Positions 1 to 13,897 of a stretch of DNA of 64,000 nt are shown piece after piece. Positions within the stretch are counted from its first letter, which is position 1; each line of letters begins with the position of its first letter. The DNA is from Octopus vulgaris (taxonomy: Eukaryota). The notes beneath the pieces were generated by a model. The model was given only the letters and a program-made list of their open reading frames with translations, was not told the DNA's origin and made no database searches. Location: assembly GCA_951406725.2 (NCBI GenBank), contig OX597823.1:93496001-93560000 (forward strand). Reading direction: 5' to 3'. The translations under genes were made by a program, and so were the position numbers.

Positions 1-2753
1 AAGTTATTAAGATTAAATTCAAAGAAATGCACCAACTGCAATATTTAAGAAAAGGAAAAGTGGGTATAAAAGCCAAATTGTGCTTCTTTACTTCGATTTT
101 CGTGTTTATCCATCCTACGGTCACTAATGCTGGGTACAAAATCGAACGAGTACGAGCCCCAAGACAAGTAGTGGGAATGAGGCTGCTCTGAAATATCTCC
201 GGAGTAACGTTACTCGATGGAGAATATGTTTTGGAGATGAGGGAGACCTTCCAAGTGGAGCCGTGACTTCTTTGTACACAATTCCGGGGTGATCAGAATA
301 TCGCAAGTAGAGCCAACTGGCTGGAAACCACGATATACAAGAAGAACAACACGGTTGGATAATACCTAAAATTCCAGTTAGCCACGCTGAAAATTTCAGC
401 CAAAACCTGTAATGATTGTTTCTTCTGATTGTACCCAAGGTGTGAGGTATTTCAGAACCCTACCCTGAAGAGGCTTCAAGGAATTGTAGGTAAAGGAAAC
501 GAATGGCTAGTTGAATGGACATTCAAAGTGTATGGCTGCGAACTCAGGAATTAAATTGTGTCGTGTTGCTTCGAGTATTTTTCGCTGTTTACGAAACTAA
601 TATTGGAATTTTACCGATTAATATTAGTAAAAATATTCCAAAATAAGCATACAAAAAATGGAATAAATAAATCTTAAGTAGAGAAGAAAAATACAATTTT
701 ATATTAATTTCAAACATTCATATTGATATTTTCTACGAAGAAAATATTTTATTAAGAAAGCATATGATGATTATAATGAAGAAGGAGGAAGGAAAAAATG
801 AGAATGAGGATGGGGAGGAGGATGAAAGTCTGTTATTTATTTGAAGCTCTAGTAGAAATTTATGAAAATCACATACAAAATATTATCAAAGCTCGGTGCA
901 TGCAGTTAAAACACCATTACATTATGAATATCAACTGTATTCTACACTTCACGCAAATGTACCATTGACGGGCATGATGCTGTTGCCTTTGAGAGAAAAT
1001 TTCTTCGTAGTCATGTTGTGAGACGAATGCCATTTCACATTTCAGCAGAGACTCACGGAAACAGCACCGTATCATATATATTAAAATTTCAATCAAAGCC
1101 GTCGTCACATGGTCTGCAATGCTCAGGAGTTTTTACCAGGCCACATTTTCTGTTGCCCAAATCCATTGTAAATTATGCCAAACCAGGAAACGAATCGCAT
1201 CACTTTGTCCCTTATTTGCGTCCCTATCAGCACGACTAACAATTTTCCCAGGTTAGAAGACACACTACAATATCTTTAGTATTATTCTGCTTCTCCGGGG
1301 TGTTCCTATGCTCGAGTATTACGTATTAACCTTGAATATGGAAAGCAATCAAAGATGGAGTCACAATCTTCAGCTAGCGTTATAAAACAACGTCGTGAAG
1401 AAATAGAAATTTATGCATCTCAACAGAAATACGAAAATGTATAAAAGCTACAATCACCATAAGTCCCGCTAGTATTATATAAATATCTTAACACCATATA
1501 CTTTGAAAGATCCATTAATCATCGTCTTAGATAAATGCATTGAACGGAAGAAGCACTACATCGAGTTTTATGTTCAAACTTCTAATGCATTTTGTTGCAT
1601 TAAAAAATAAATCTAAAAGATATTGCGAGGATTCTTAGCTTTAAAGCATCGTTGATTTATTAACGGAAAGCAATAGAGAATGTTAAAATTGAAACGTAGT
1701 CATCTGAAAGTTGGTTGGTTTGTTGATATATATCTATTGGTCAAGTAAAGTTTTGTTGTGTAAAAAAAGGAAAAAAAAAACGTTTATTGTATTTTTATGT
1801 TTATTGCGGTTAAGATTGGTTTTTCCTAATATATAACAATTTTTAACGGTCATGTTTGCATATTTTTTATTGTCTTACTGTTTGACTGTGATACTTTTAT
1901 GACAATATTGTGAGTATTCGTTGCAAACATGACATTCCCATTTACGGTACATCCTCCTCCCTGATGAACACTATAGAAAAAGCGCAAACCATCTGCGAGG
2001 TATCAAATAAATAAACAGCTAAGATAAATATTATTGCACAAATATCTAACTGCAGGAAATGAATAAAAACATTGTTGGCGTTTTAGGAAAAAGAAATTCA
2101 TAACATTACAGACAACATGCCGGATAAGAACAGCTTTAACACAGATACAGGAACTTCATCAAATGAACGGGTAGCTAATTCAAATCAAACATCATCATTT
2201 ATAATCATAATTTCAAAGACAAGGCCCGTGGGCATTAATATGTGGCTAAACGGACGTGGCATGGCAATAGGCTGGCCATGAGTCTTGTGCTTTCCTGATA
2301 GTATCTGTTACTCAGAGAAAATAAATGATAGATGTATGCCGTGCGACGGACAAAGGGACTGAACCTGGAACCATGTGGCTGGGATGCAAGCATCTTATGA
2401 CACAGCAACATCTCTGTAAATATGAAAATCCCTCTTCTTTGAGGCCGTATTCATTTTCCTAGAATCTAAAGCAAATACTGCCAGAAAGGGAGAGACCAAT
2501 TTTCACAATTTACATTAAAATGACACACTTCCTCGATGAGCAAACAAAAAACTGATCAACAAAGCAAATATTAAATGCAAGAAGACAGTTCCAAGAAATC
2601 TAGATTATGAGACTAAGGGAATCGCGCTACAGAAGCGATAATAGTCGGATCCCTGCTACAGCACTCATGTATTTTTTGAAGTTCACACTCAACCAATCGC
2701 ACATAATTTCTTACTCCACTACTATAAATTACTCATAAATTATAATGTAATAA

Positions 2754-2846
2754 AATTGCAGCGTGGAAGGTGTTTATAAGCCATTTAAGAAACACGGTTT
2801 TTGTGTGTTTCTTAAATGGCTTATAAACACCTTTCACGCGGCAATT
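2754..2846. repeat. Short foldback hairpin (42-bp arms, 9-bp loop)
   Basis: aattgcagcgtggaaggtgtttataagccatttaagaaacac (2754-2795) is the reverse complement of 2805-2846 with 2 mismatches. Confidence 0.9.
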
Positions 2847-3346
2847 GTTTTCGTTCCAGCACACGATCTCAGATCTAGTCACTCGCTATGCAATACATCT
2901 CTATAACGTAATATATATCATGTAATATGGCTGTAGCAAAGAGACGAAGAGCAGTCGCAGGAGAGCATATTTTGCAATATAAAAATGTGTATGCATGTAT
3001 GTGTGTGTGGGGGCAAGTGTAACTTCATACCACTTTCATCTTGATATGAGCAAGTTTCGCGAGCTTAGAGTACCAAACTGTCTCATAAGATATCAGAAGA
3101 AGAATAATTGGTTTGTGAATAATTCAAGTTGACATCTAGATGTTGGGCCATGTGGGGATAAAGCTCTCAAAGGCGATGTGGTGATAAAGCTATCGAAGCA
3201 ACACCAGTTCTTTTCTTTTCTCTCTGGTGTACAAATTCAGAGAGGATACATTTAAGGAAGTTGTCACCACATTGGGGGGATACGTGTGCTAGGGTCTATA
3301 TAGGCACAGTAGTTCATGGTTTTGATACCCACACATTCATAGGGTA

Positions 3347-3609
3347 GGCTTTTCTCACGGGTTAGTAGCTGGGTCCCCGTTCAATGGATGCAGTATCAGA
3401 CCTTACGCAGGAGGGACCTGATTTAACGGTGTTAGACTAAAATTATGGTCAGATTTCCAACTCGGGCGGCACTGTGTTAGAGCAGGCTGTTCTCATGGGT
3501 TAATAACCGGGTCGCCGTTTACTCGATGTAGCCGCAGACTTTACTTGGGAAGAAACATATTTGATGATGTTAGATTAAAATTAAGGCTGAATTTCTAACT
3601 CCGGCGGGG
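3347..3609. repeat. Diverged two-copy tandem duplication, period ~138 bp
   Basis: ggcttttctcacgggttagtagctgggtccccgtt...gttagactaaaattatggtcagatttccaactcgggcgg versus ggctgttctcatgggttaataaccgggtcgccgtt...gttagattaaaattaaggctgaatttctaactccggcgg. Confidence 0.75.
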
Positions 3610-3973
3610 TCTCTGATTAAAATGGGCCGCGGTGTTTAAATAGCCTTACCTTGAGGGTGGAGCATCCAGGCCTAGGAGAGTGTGTCCGAATTGTCATCAC
3701 GGACTTGAGCTCATTCCTCATCTGTACTTATGATGGCGACAATAAGATACGTTTGTTTTTGACGGATACTGCAAGTTGATGCAGTACGCATAAACTTTTG
3801 CGGAGACGCAGTCTGCAGTAGCGATTCCAACGTGAAGAAGAACTGGGATTTCGATGATGCTGTATTTTATGTTGGGGAAGTCATTCTGATGGTCGCTGAG
3901 TCTCCAACTAAAGCAGTACAATGAAGTAGATTTTTCCCTATCCTTACTCCTGAAGTAATGCATACGCTGTATT

Positions 3974-4015
<42 letters not shown>

Positions 4016-4053
4016 AGTGTGTGTGTGTGTGTGTTTGTGTGTGTCTGTGTCTG

Positions 4054-4093
<40 letters not shown>

Positions 4094-4099
4094 TATATA

Positions 4100-4330
4100 A
4101 ATAGTAAGGGTAAGACAACAAAAGAATGAAAGAGACCTCGATATTATGTAAATAGGCGAATTTGTTTGTAATATAATATGTGAAAATTATTGGGCTACCA
4201 TGATAAAACTCCGAGTTTCGGATGTCGGGGAGGAATCCTGCACCGGAATCTCTTCAGTTATCGAATTGCAGGTTTCCGCCCCGACCCCCGAACCTCGGAG
4301 TTTTATCATGGCAACCGAATAATTGACAAC

Positions 4331-4341
<11 letters not shown>
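4100..4341 (-). mobile_element. Microsatellite-flanked Penelope pLTR-like fragment with internal inverted repeat
   Basis: Arms 4167-4242 and 4267-4341 are imperfect reverse complements; (TA)n on the left and (CA)n/(TA)n on the right; contains a hammerhead motif. Confidence 0.65.
4202..4262 (-). ncRNA. Minimal type-I hammerhead ribozyme motif
   Basis: Minus strand reads gataa CTGAAGA gattcc...gacatcc GAAA ctcggag TT ttatc; stem I gataa/ttatc is perfect, stem II is imperfect. Confidence 0.6.
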
Positions 4342-4384
<43 letters not shown>

Positions 4385-4561
4385 GTTATATTTTTAGAAA
4401 ATAGAAATAATCATTTTTTGACTGCTGCTATTTCTAAATTTTCGGTATGTGGCTAACCAACCTGGCTAAGCAACCTGTTGCTTACCTTATTTATTTATAT
4501 TTTTGTAAAAGTTCCTACCGATAATGGTTATATATGTGTATGTATGTTTACGCATGTAGAT

Positions 4562-4597
<36 letters not shown>

Positions 4598-4598
4598 T

Positions 4599-4629
<31 letters not shown>

Positions 4630-4794
4630 GAGAGAGTACGTATAGATTGCGTAGTTGTAGAACTCACATTTTCTTCCCTGGAAGCGACAGAGAGAATCTA
4701 AGAACGAAGACCACGAGCAGGAGCAGAAGAAAGTGGAGGAGGAGATGAGTACGAGATGAGGAAGAGGAGAGGAGGAGGGTGGGGTGAAGATGGA

Positions 4795-4826
4795 TGGAGA
4801 AGAAGAAGAAGATGATGATGAAGAAG

Positions 4827-4858
<32 letters not shown>

Positions 4859-5120
4859 GCAGCAGCAGCAGCAGAAGAAGAAGAAGAAGAAGAAGAAGAA
4901 GAAGCGGAAGAAGAAGAAGAAAAAGAAGAACAAGAACAAGAACAAGAAGAAAGAACAAGAAGAACAAGAAGAAAGAAGAAGAAGAAGTAGAAAGAAGAAG
5001 AAGAAGAAGAAGAAGAAGAAGGAGAAGAGGAGGAAAAAGAAGAAGAAGAAGAAGAAGAAGAAGAAGAAGAAGAAGAAGAAGAAGGAGAAGAAGAAGAAGA
5101 AGAAGAAGAAGAGGAAAAAA

Positions 5121-5155
<35 letters not shown>

Positions 5156-5290
5156 AGAAGAAGAAGAAGAAGAAGGAGAACAAGAACAAGAAGAACAAGA
5201 AGAAGAAGAAGAAGAAGAAGAAGAAGAAGAAGAAGAAGAAGAAGAAGAAGAAGAAGAAGAAGAAGAAGGAGAAGAAGAAGAAAAGGAGGA
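4795..5290 (+). repeat. ~500-bp (GAA)n-rich polypurine microsatellite
   Basis: Long gaagaa runs with GAT/GCA/CAA variants; source of the poly-E/poly-L/poly-F ORFs. Confidence 0.97.
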
Positions 5291-5399
5291 AATGTTTTAG
5301 AAAATATTTCTCATGCAGCAGTCATAACAATTAGTTTTGGGAAAAATCTAAGGAATAAATTGTTTGTGAAACATCTGCAAGATGTTTGTATGAGTTCAT

Positions 5400-5594
<195 letters not shown>

Positions 5595-6113
5595 TTATGT
5601 TGACAACCAACTGAATATACAGATGGTTGCCATGACCACTGTCTTGCGATGATACAGTGGTTTGATTTAGCTGTGTGGAGTCGATGATATTATTTATGAA
5701 AATTCTTTCTAGTTTTCAGTAAAATAAGAAAGTAAACATGCAAATGTGCATGTGTGTGTGTGTGTGTATGTGTGTGTGTGTGTGTATGTGTATGTGTGAG
5801 TGTTTGTAAAGGCATAAAAATAGGGAAGATGTTGATATAAGAAATATGCTTGCCTAGAAGTGATTAAGAGCTGGAGTGGTGGTGGTGGTGGTGGTGGTGG
5901 TGGTGGTGGTGGTGGTGGTGGTGATGGTGAGTTAGGAAGGTCTGAGTAGAATGCAGCATTGAGATGACGCAAGAAATGAAATTTAAGGAAAAAATAATAG
6001 AGAAAAAAGGAAGAGAAGAAGGGTGAAGTGAATTTGAAAAGATGTGACGTGCAATACATAAAACGTGTTGGGAATGAAGGAGGGGTAGGTCACAATAAGA
6101 AGGGGATAGGAGG

Positions 6114-6655
6114 ATTCAAATTCCGCCGAGGTCTACTTTACCTTTCATCCTTTCGAGGTCGATTAAATAAGTACCAGTTAGGCACTGGGGTCGATGTAAT
6201 CAACTTAATCCGTTTGTGTGTCCTTGTTTGTCTCCTCTGTGTTTAGCCCCTTGTGGGTAGTAAAGAAATGGGTATTTCGTATGCCGCTACGTTCTGAGTT
6301 CAAATACCGGCGAGGTCGACTTTGCCTTTCATCCTTTCGGGTTCGATTAAATAAGTACCAGTTACGCATTGGTGTCGATATACTCGACTTAATCCGTTTG
6401 TCTGTCCTTGTTTGTCTTCTCTATGTTTAGCCTCTTGTGGGCAATAAAGAAATAAGAAACCTTAGCATGCCTGGCGAAATTCTTAGCGGTATATCGTCTG
6501 TCTTTACGTTCTTAGTTAAAATTCCGTCGAGGTCGACCTCACCTTTCATCCTTTCCAGGTCGATAAGTTAAGTACCATTTGCGTATTAGAGTCGATCTTA
6601 TCCACACACCCACTGAACAAAAATTTCGGCCCTTATGCCTAGAATAAGAAAAATA
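6114..6655 (+). mobile_element. tRNA-derived SINE cluster: two LINE-tailed (family B) units followed by a family A body
   Basis: B-box-like gagttcaaat, core gcctttcatcctttcggggtcgat...aagtacca, tail tttagccccttgtgggtagtaaagaaat, then an A-type ending aaatttcggcccttatgcctagaataagaaaa. Confidence 0.9.
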
Positions 6656-6967
6656 AGAGAAATTTGTTTTATTTAATAGATACTTTTCTTTAGCAATATA
6701 CTTTTGTATCAGCACCAAGGAATGTGATAAACGTTAAATTATAATTATCCCATTTCCTGATATTGCCTTTGGTGCTAAAGTCCATGTGTCCGTCATATGA
6801 CGGATATTATATTGTCTAATCATTCTCAATAACAATTATTCTCATTCGATCATGTCTTTTGCTTCTGCGGAATTTAGAACAGAAGAGAACAAAATCAAAT
6901 TTAGGTTGAATTAAATTGAAGAGCATTCACATATAAATTGTAAAAATAATTAATAACAGTATATGCG

Positions 6968-7200
6968 TCGTTCTCGAGCCCTGCCAGGCTCATAAGGGCC
7001 GGTTTCTTGGTTTCAGTGGTGTACATATTCCCCACCTGGATGGGACTCTGGTCCGTCAAGGATTAATTAGTTTTGTCAGCTGAGTAGACTAGAGCAAAGT
7101 GAAATGAAGGGTTTTGCTCAAGAGCAGAACGCATCGGTCGGTCTAGGAATCGAAACCGCAATCTTAAGAGCATGAGTTCAACCCACTAAAACACTCGCCT
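6968..7200 (-). mobile_element. tRNA-derived SINE (different family)
   Basis: ggaatcgaaacc (reverse B-box) and cagctgagt-gactagagcaa-gtgaaatgaag block shared with 10640-10710. Confidence 0.7.
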
Positions 7201-8135
7201 CTACTATAACAGCAACCTAAACAGTATTAATACCAAAAGATAAAATTTATCCCCACTTAAATGTGGATCTTGTATTGGAACACAGTATTCTGCGTTATTT
7301 ATCATGAGAGAACCTTTCATATTAGCTTGTGGTGCCTATAAACACTCGTGTTTATATCGTTGGCGGGGTATAATCGCCTGCTACCATAGATGCAACATCT
7401 AGATCTCGTACTTTCGGCCTTCTTTGACTTTGTGAATGAGAGACGTGCGCGGTTAGCCATAGCAACGCTTACCTTGCCAGTGATACACAGAGAATCTTAG
7501 TGTCTATTCAAACAGTAATGTCACGAATAGCCTTATTAAATAAATAATAGCGACACAAGCAATATTAATATCAAAAAATATTGTTTATCAGCACATAAAA
7601 TTGGATGTTGTGTTAGAATAGAAAATACTGCGATGTTTATCAAAAGAGGATCGCTCATATGTCTGATTTGCTTTAACCTGTCCACTGAATCTCTTTCATC
7701 TTAATCATCGTTTCGACTAAATATTGTTAACGAAATGATTTTGAATGTAGATCATTGCTTATTAGTAATCCTTTGGACTAATTGAAGTTTAATCACTGAC
7801 CACATTGATTAATCGCTCCGTTCTATAAGTCACTACTAATATTTACAAAAAGGATTTTAAAGCAATCTCGTATATCAGGAAACAATTTCATCTCCTTTGT
7901 ATTTAGAGTTTCTCAAAATAACTATTTGCTTTCATTGAATACGCAAAGTATTGTTTCGCTGAAATGTCATTTTAATCATTATTCTGTTTTAATTAATCAC
8001 ATGACTTCATCGAGGACACAGATGCGCCTTTGACATTTTAAACCGGGTTGGGAATCCAAAAATAATTTCAACGACAAATATTGTCCGTACAGACAGACAC
8101 TCACATACACTCACACACACGCACACACACACACA

Positions 8136-8203
<68 letters not shown>

Positions 8204-9582
8204 AAAGTGTATACTTTCGAATATTAATCAGAACATAGGATTTCTAAGACTTTGTTTCATAATAATTACAAAAGCAATATCGGTATAGATTCTAATCTTC
8301 TAATCTTTTCCTTTTGTCCTTCTCAATAGACACAATTTGGCTTAAGGAAACAATAGGATGGATTATTCGCCAGTGATGTATTTTATTGATTTCTATAATG
8401 TTTTGTTCTTAATCATTATTGTCCAATATACGTCACATTTTGCATTGTAAGAACAAGAAAGGCATATATTTAGATTTTATGAACAACTATACCTTCAAAG
8501 TATGTTAGGAAAAAAATAGAGGCAATCTTTCCAAATCAGAAAGTTTCATTTGCCGACAGACAAATCTGTCATCTATAGCCTTAAGCAGCTTAAAGATAAA
8601 CCCACATCATACTCTGGACACTATATCTCTCTCCTCTCTCTCTCTCCCCTTCTCCCTCTTTCCCTCTACCTTTCTTCTTTCTGTCTTATCATGTGCAATT
8701 TTTCAAAGACCACCTAGGATTCTTTGAACTATAATAATTCTCCTTCTAGAAAGAAGTCAGTCAAAATTACTGAAGCCACTTTAAATTCGCAGGGGTCTCA
8801 GAGAATTCATCGGTTCATTTGACGTTGGAAATGAAGAATCCAAAATTTGCCTGGTTCTTGCCTTCATACGAATGAGGAAGCCAATGAAATTATCTTTACA
8901 ATGAATGAAATGAGAAATAAGAAAAGTTTGTAACAATGCAGAAAGTCTTTTAAAAACCCTTATGCAAACTCCTATCATCAGAATAATACAGTCGAAGAAA
9001 TGTGTATCTAAACAGATCCTGTCATTTTGGAAAACCCAGTGCTAGAGCTTGCAACCACAACTCCCTAAATTATGCTGCTGTTGATGTTGTAGTGGGTTGC
9101 ACTGGGGTTGTTGCTGTTAAGGACGATAAAGAATGACTGTAGATTAGCAGCAGTGGTGATGAAGTCAGTTGTTCTTGGTCACCGCCAAGTAGGAAGTATT
9201 TGGTGATATATCTATACAAGCCACCGGCCCAACTCTGACCAATAATTGGTTTTGGGGTTAAGTTGTTGGATTAGTAAGGTAACCTTGATACGGAGGTTTC
9301 CAGTATTCCTGTCCGAGGTCAAACGCTCTTCTAACTTTGTAATGTAATTTTTTGATACAATTGAAGAAATATATGTAAAAGGTGGAGTATAAAGAATAAA
9401 GAAAGACATAAATACAAAAAGAGAGAGAGATTGGGAGGGAGATTGAGAGGGAGCAAGATCGTGAGTGATAGAAATTTCGTTCACTTTGCTGTGAAAGTAG
9501 TAGGACAAAACTAGAAGTGAAATTGATCCTTCGGGTAGAAAGAAGAAAGGTCCGGGACAACGTGAAGTAAATGGAGTTTAAG

Positions 9583-9985
9583 TTGGCGCAAGTGTGGCTG
9601 TGTGGTAAGAAGTCTGCTTCCCAGCAATATGGTGCTCTTTTCAGTCCCTCTGTGTGACACCTTGGGCAAATACTTTCTACTATAGCCTCGTTCAGGTCGA
9701 TTAAAACCTTGTGAGTGGATTTGGTAGACGGAAACTGAAGGACGGCCAAGTGTGTGTGTGTGTCTTTATAGCTATTTTTTTCCCTCCAATGCTTGACAAG
9801 CGATTTTGGTGTGTTTACATCCACGTTACTTAGCGGTTTGTCAAAAGTAAACGATAAAATATATACCAGGCTTAAAAGAAATAACTACTGTTATTGATTC
9901 ATTCAACTAAATTTCTGCAAGGTGGTACTACGGCATGGCCGCAGTCTAATGACTGAAGCAAAGAAAAGATAAAACATAAAATAAA
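9583..9985 (+). mobile_element. tRNA-derived SINE family C
   Basis: ggcgca-gtggctgtgtggtaag head, ccttgtgagtggatttggtagacggaaactgaa core, catggccgcagtc...tgactgaa tail; homologous to 29267-29670. Confidence 0.85.
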
Positions 9986-10444
9986 GAGTAGAGGATAAAT
10001 CTATAAACAAATATTCCAGGAAAAATCTATTTTGTAGACAATAATACAGAGAATGGTAGCGAGAGAATGGTAGCCATTCTCTGAGTTATGTCAAAGACGA
10101 TAATGAGGGCTAAGGTATTCAACTTCTAATTCTATTATGACAACTTACTGATTGTCCCATACTATATATATATAAATATTATTGTTTTATTATTATTAAA
10201 AATATATATATGTATATATATATAATTTTGAATTTAGCTCACAGACTCCCAATACTGCTTTTGCGAACATCCGGGGGTCCACGGACTCCAGATTGGACAC
10301 CCCTGGGTTAGAATTATTCCATTGACTTAAAGTACAAAGACTAGAAATTCACATGTGGGTATACAGATATTTTTGATTCACAATAAAGAATTTTGATATT
10401 TCATCTCTGTATAGATGTTGCTTGGTTGATTGGTCAGATGATTC

Positions 10445-10765
10445 CTGGCACTCAATCGGTTACGACGACGAAGATTCCAGTTGATTCGATCAGCGGAAAG
10501 ACCAGCTCGTAAAACTAACTTACTTGTGGGTGAGTGCTCCACAGACACCAGTACTCTTCACGTCGTTCTCAGGGAGATTCAGAGTGACGGAATGTAGCAA
10601 GGCTGGCCTCTTTGCATTACACGCACAACAAATTTTTCCAGCTGAGTGAACCGGAGCAGCGTGAAATAAATTATCTTGCTCAAGGACACAAGGCGCTGTC
10701 GGGAATCGAACTTACAACATTATGATCATGAACCGAACACGCTAACCGGTAAGCCCTACACCTTT
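10445..10765 (-). mobile_element. tRNA-derived SINE
   Basis: ttccagttgattcgatca...cagggagattcag...gggaatcgaac; homologous in reverse to 47930-48235 and 61690-61975. Confidence 0.75.
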
Positions 10766-10867
10766 GCAGTTCGTTGATTCCTCCAGTCTCATTTTACATC
10801 GGATAGGCAGAAGAGGAGAGTAGGTAACGGGGAGATACGGAGGGAAAGAGAAAACAAAAGAGACGAA

Positions 10868-11201
10868 TGTCCTTGTTTGTCCCCTCTGTTGGTAATAAAG
10901 AAATAGGTATTTCGTCTGCCGTTACGTTCTGAGTTCAAATTCCGCCGAGGTCGACTTTGCCTTTCATCTTTTCGGGGTCGATAAATTAAGTACCAGTTAC
11001 GCACTGGGGTCGATTTAATCGACTTAATCCCTTTGTCTGCCCTTGTTTGTCCCCTCTATGTTTAGCCCCTTGTGGGCAATAAAGAAATAAGAAACCTTAG
11101 CATGCCTCGCGAAATTCTTAGCAGTATATCGTCTGTCTTTATGTTCTGAGTTCAAATTCCACCGAGGTCGACATCGCCTTCCATCCTTTCGAGGTCGATA
11201 A
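10868..11201 (+). mobile_element. SINE cluster (B tail + B unit + A body)
   Basis: Same architecture as 6114-6655. Confidence 0.9.
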
Positions 11202-12376
11202 TACAGAAAATAATGTATACTGAAAATAATGTAACGATACTAATTCCAGAAGGAGGTGAGCTGGCAGAACCGTTAACACGCCGATTTCATATTCTGTCGG
11301 GGCCGACTCAATATGGGATCGATATCATCGGCTTACCCCTTCCTCGAAATTGCTGGCCCCGTATCAAAATGTGAAACCAATATTATAGTTCCATGACCAC
11401 AATTTACAAGACTACAGATTCGTATAGGATACATTTTCAAGTAAACAAATGGCTCATCATTTAGTATTTCATCGTGTTATTTTGTCATTTGACATGGGTT
11501 ATAATTCCATGTAATGCTATTCACCTTATCTAGTGTTATCATACAATTCGATCAACTCTCATTATACATTTATTAAATTGCATATCATTAGACCTAATAC
11601 ATTCGTTCTTATTTCCAATTTGATTACGTTTAAACAAACTTTGTTTGCTTGCATGAATAAATACATAAATACATTTATAAAAGTTTATCATCTTTTTACA
11701 AAATTTCACATATATTTCACTTCAAGTTTTAAATTTTAACTCATTTCATTTCACGTGAACCAGAATATTGAATTTCATTTCTTTTGAGGATGTCTATTGT
11801 CCTGTTAAATTTCTTTAGTATTGCTTCAAAAATCTCCATATTGTGCAAGGTCAATGCAACACAAGAGAGTTTAAGGTTTCTTCCAGACCTATCCATATTA
11901 GAAACACTCTATGAAACGTACCAGTTTTTCCTGCCCATCTTATTGCGCATCAAATGAGGATGTTTTTTCTCGTATCATTGTAATACATTTCTTAGGAACT
12001 GTCTCTGTTTTAGAGCTTCTTTGATTCGTGGTCACATTTACAAACCCTCGTGAAGACGTTGCTTTTTGCGCATCTTGCTGTAATACTTCATCTGGGTTAT
12101 TCCTTTTTCACAACCATTTCGTTTTACTACATCTTTTATTTTCAATATCTTTTAAGATTAGAAAATTACTATTTTTAAAACTCACAACGTGAGATATTCA
12201 GCAACAGTACTTTTTAGTAAAGACTGTTTGCCAACATAGCATGGCAGTCCTTGTTTAGGACTAATGTTGCTGTAATTTAGCCCCAGGGGACATCGTCTCC
12301 AGCTGGCTATACGACACGATGTGTGTCCTTATATTTTCAAACAAGGGAATCTGGCACCCCCATTCAGCTCAAAACA

Positions 12377-12421
12377 TCTGTGTATAGCGATTTCTGGGTT
12401 ATTTCTCTTCATCAGCACAGA
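12377..12421 (-). ncRNA. Minimal type-I hammerhead motif with decayed stem II
   Basis: Minus strand reads tctgtg CTGATGA agagaaataaccca GAAA tcgcta TA cacaga; stem I is 6/6 bp. Confidence 0.6.
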
Positions 12422-13897
12422 ATAATTTAAGATGTCTAGAGAATTCTAGTTTAAAAGCGATTGCCTAATTCTGTAATGTTTTATAGAAGATATATTTGCT
12501 TTTTTGTTATCCATGTGTAACTCAGATTTACTAATGTGTAAAGAAAACATAGTCAGACAAATTCAGAGTAACTCTCATAAATCAAGAGCATTTTGAAGGC
12601 AGCCTTCCATAACGCTTGCACTGTCTCAACCTGCCGAGTAAAATAAGTACATCTTATTTTACGGAGTATATTACATGCATTTATAATTGTAAATAATATT
12701 TATAATTACTAGGCAGAGAGATAAGAATTCGTATGAATGTCTGTATAGAATATATCTGAAGATAATCTAGCGTGGTAAAGACATCATTTTCACCTTAGAA
12801 GACACAGACATATATCTTTAAAGTATTTAACTTTAATATGCATGATTACAATCTTAATTAATTGGTTCTAAATATGCTACTTTGTTTCTTTTTCTTATCA
12901 AATTTCTCTAAGTTTTCTCTCTTTTCATCATTCTATTTCGCTACTTTACTCATTACTCACTAAAAAAGAGCTCCAGTATCTCTTCAAAAGTTTAAGATAC
13001 AGAAATACACCGAGCGTAAATGTTGTGTTCTTAGTTACGATAATTCGTTTTCCGTCATTGTTGGTTGAGAGAAATAATTATAATTATGATTTTATCTCTG
13101 ATCTTCTGTATATATCTCCTGTACATATGGAATATATCGGATATATTCAGGAACTAATTAACAACATACTTTCTTTTACGTTAAAACAAAACCATTAAGT
13201 AAAATTCTAGAAGCTGATTAAAGTATCCAATATATTCAATGTTTTGTTAAATCTACAATTATATACAAGCCAAAAATATTTCAAAATAAAAATGTGAAAT
13301 TGTCTTTGAGATGTATAATTTCAACATTTAGGAAGCCAAAACAAAGAAATTTCGTCGTCACTCGGAAGCGAGTACATCGTGATATCTTAGTTTCTTTCGA
13401 GATTTTTCGTATTGTTTTCAGTCCCTATGTTGTGGTGAGAAGAGAAGACATAGACACGATCTCTGCCCTCCCAACCATGTAAAAGCTGAAAATCCAGGGT
13501 ATAACCGTAGCAAGGTGATGGAAATGGCTTTCAGTTAAATAGAATGGGAGCAATGTGCAACGATGTGCCCAAACCAAGAACAAAATATTCGTTCGACCCA
13601 GGAATCGTACCAACGACCTTTATGATCGTGAGTCGAGCGATGTAACTTACAAGCAATTCGACTTTATTTTTAAATATTCCATAACAAAATCACAGGTCGT
13701 TATCTTTGATCTATTATTCGTATCATTCATCGGCCAAGGTGAAACTTATTGGGGCTAAACAAGATCCATGCGGCTAGGTTGCAAACTTGTTACCACACAG
13801 CTACTCATGAGCCAAGGTTTAATACTTATGCATAATATTTACAATTTGTCTGACGTAAATATTAAACACACGATATGTTTATTATTTAACCGCGAAA

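Noticed and set aside
455-505. ctgaaga...ggaaac as a hammerhead
   Set aside because: No credible stem I or II pairing
124-1239. ORFs 124-438(-), 917-1108(-) and 1018-1239(+) as host exons
   Set aside because: No recognisable domain or consistent splice signals; may be decayed transposon sequence
4664-5198. Poly-E, poly-L and poly-F ORFs
   Set aside because: Translations of the (GAA)n microsatellite
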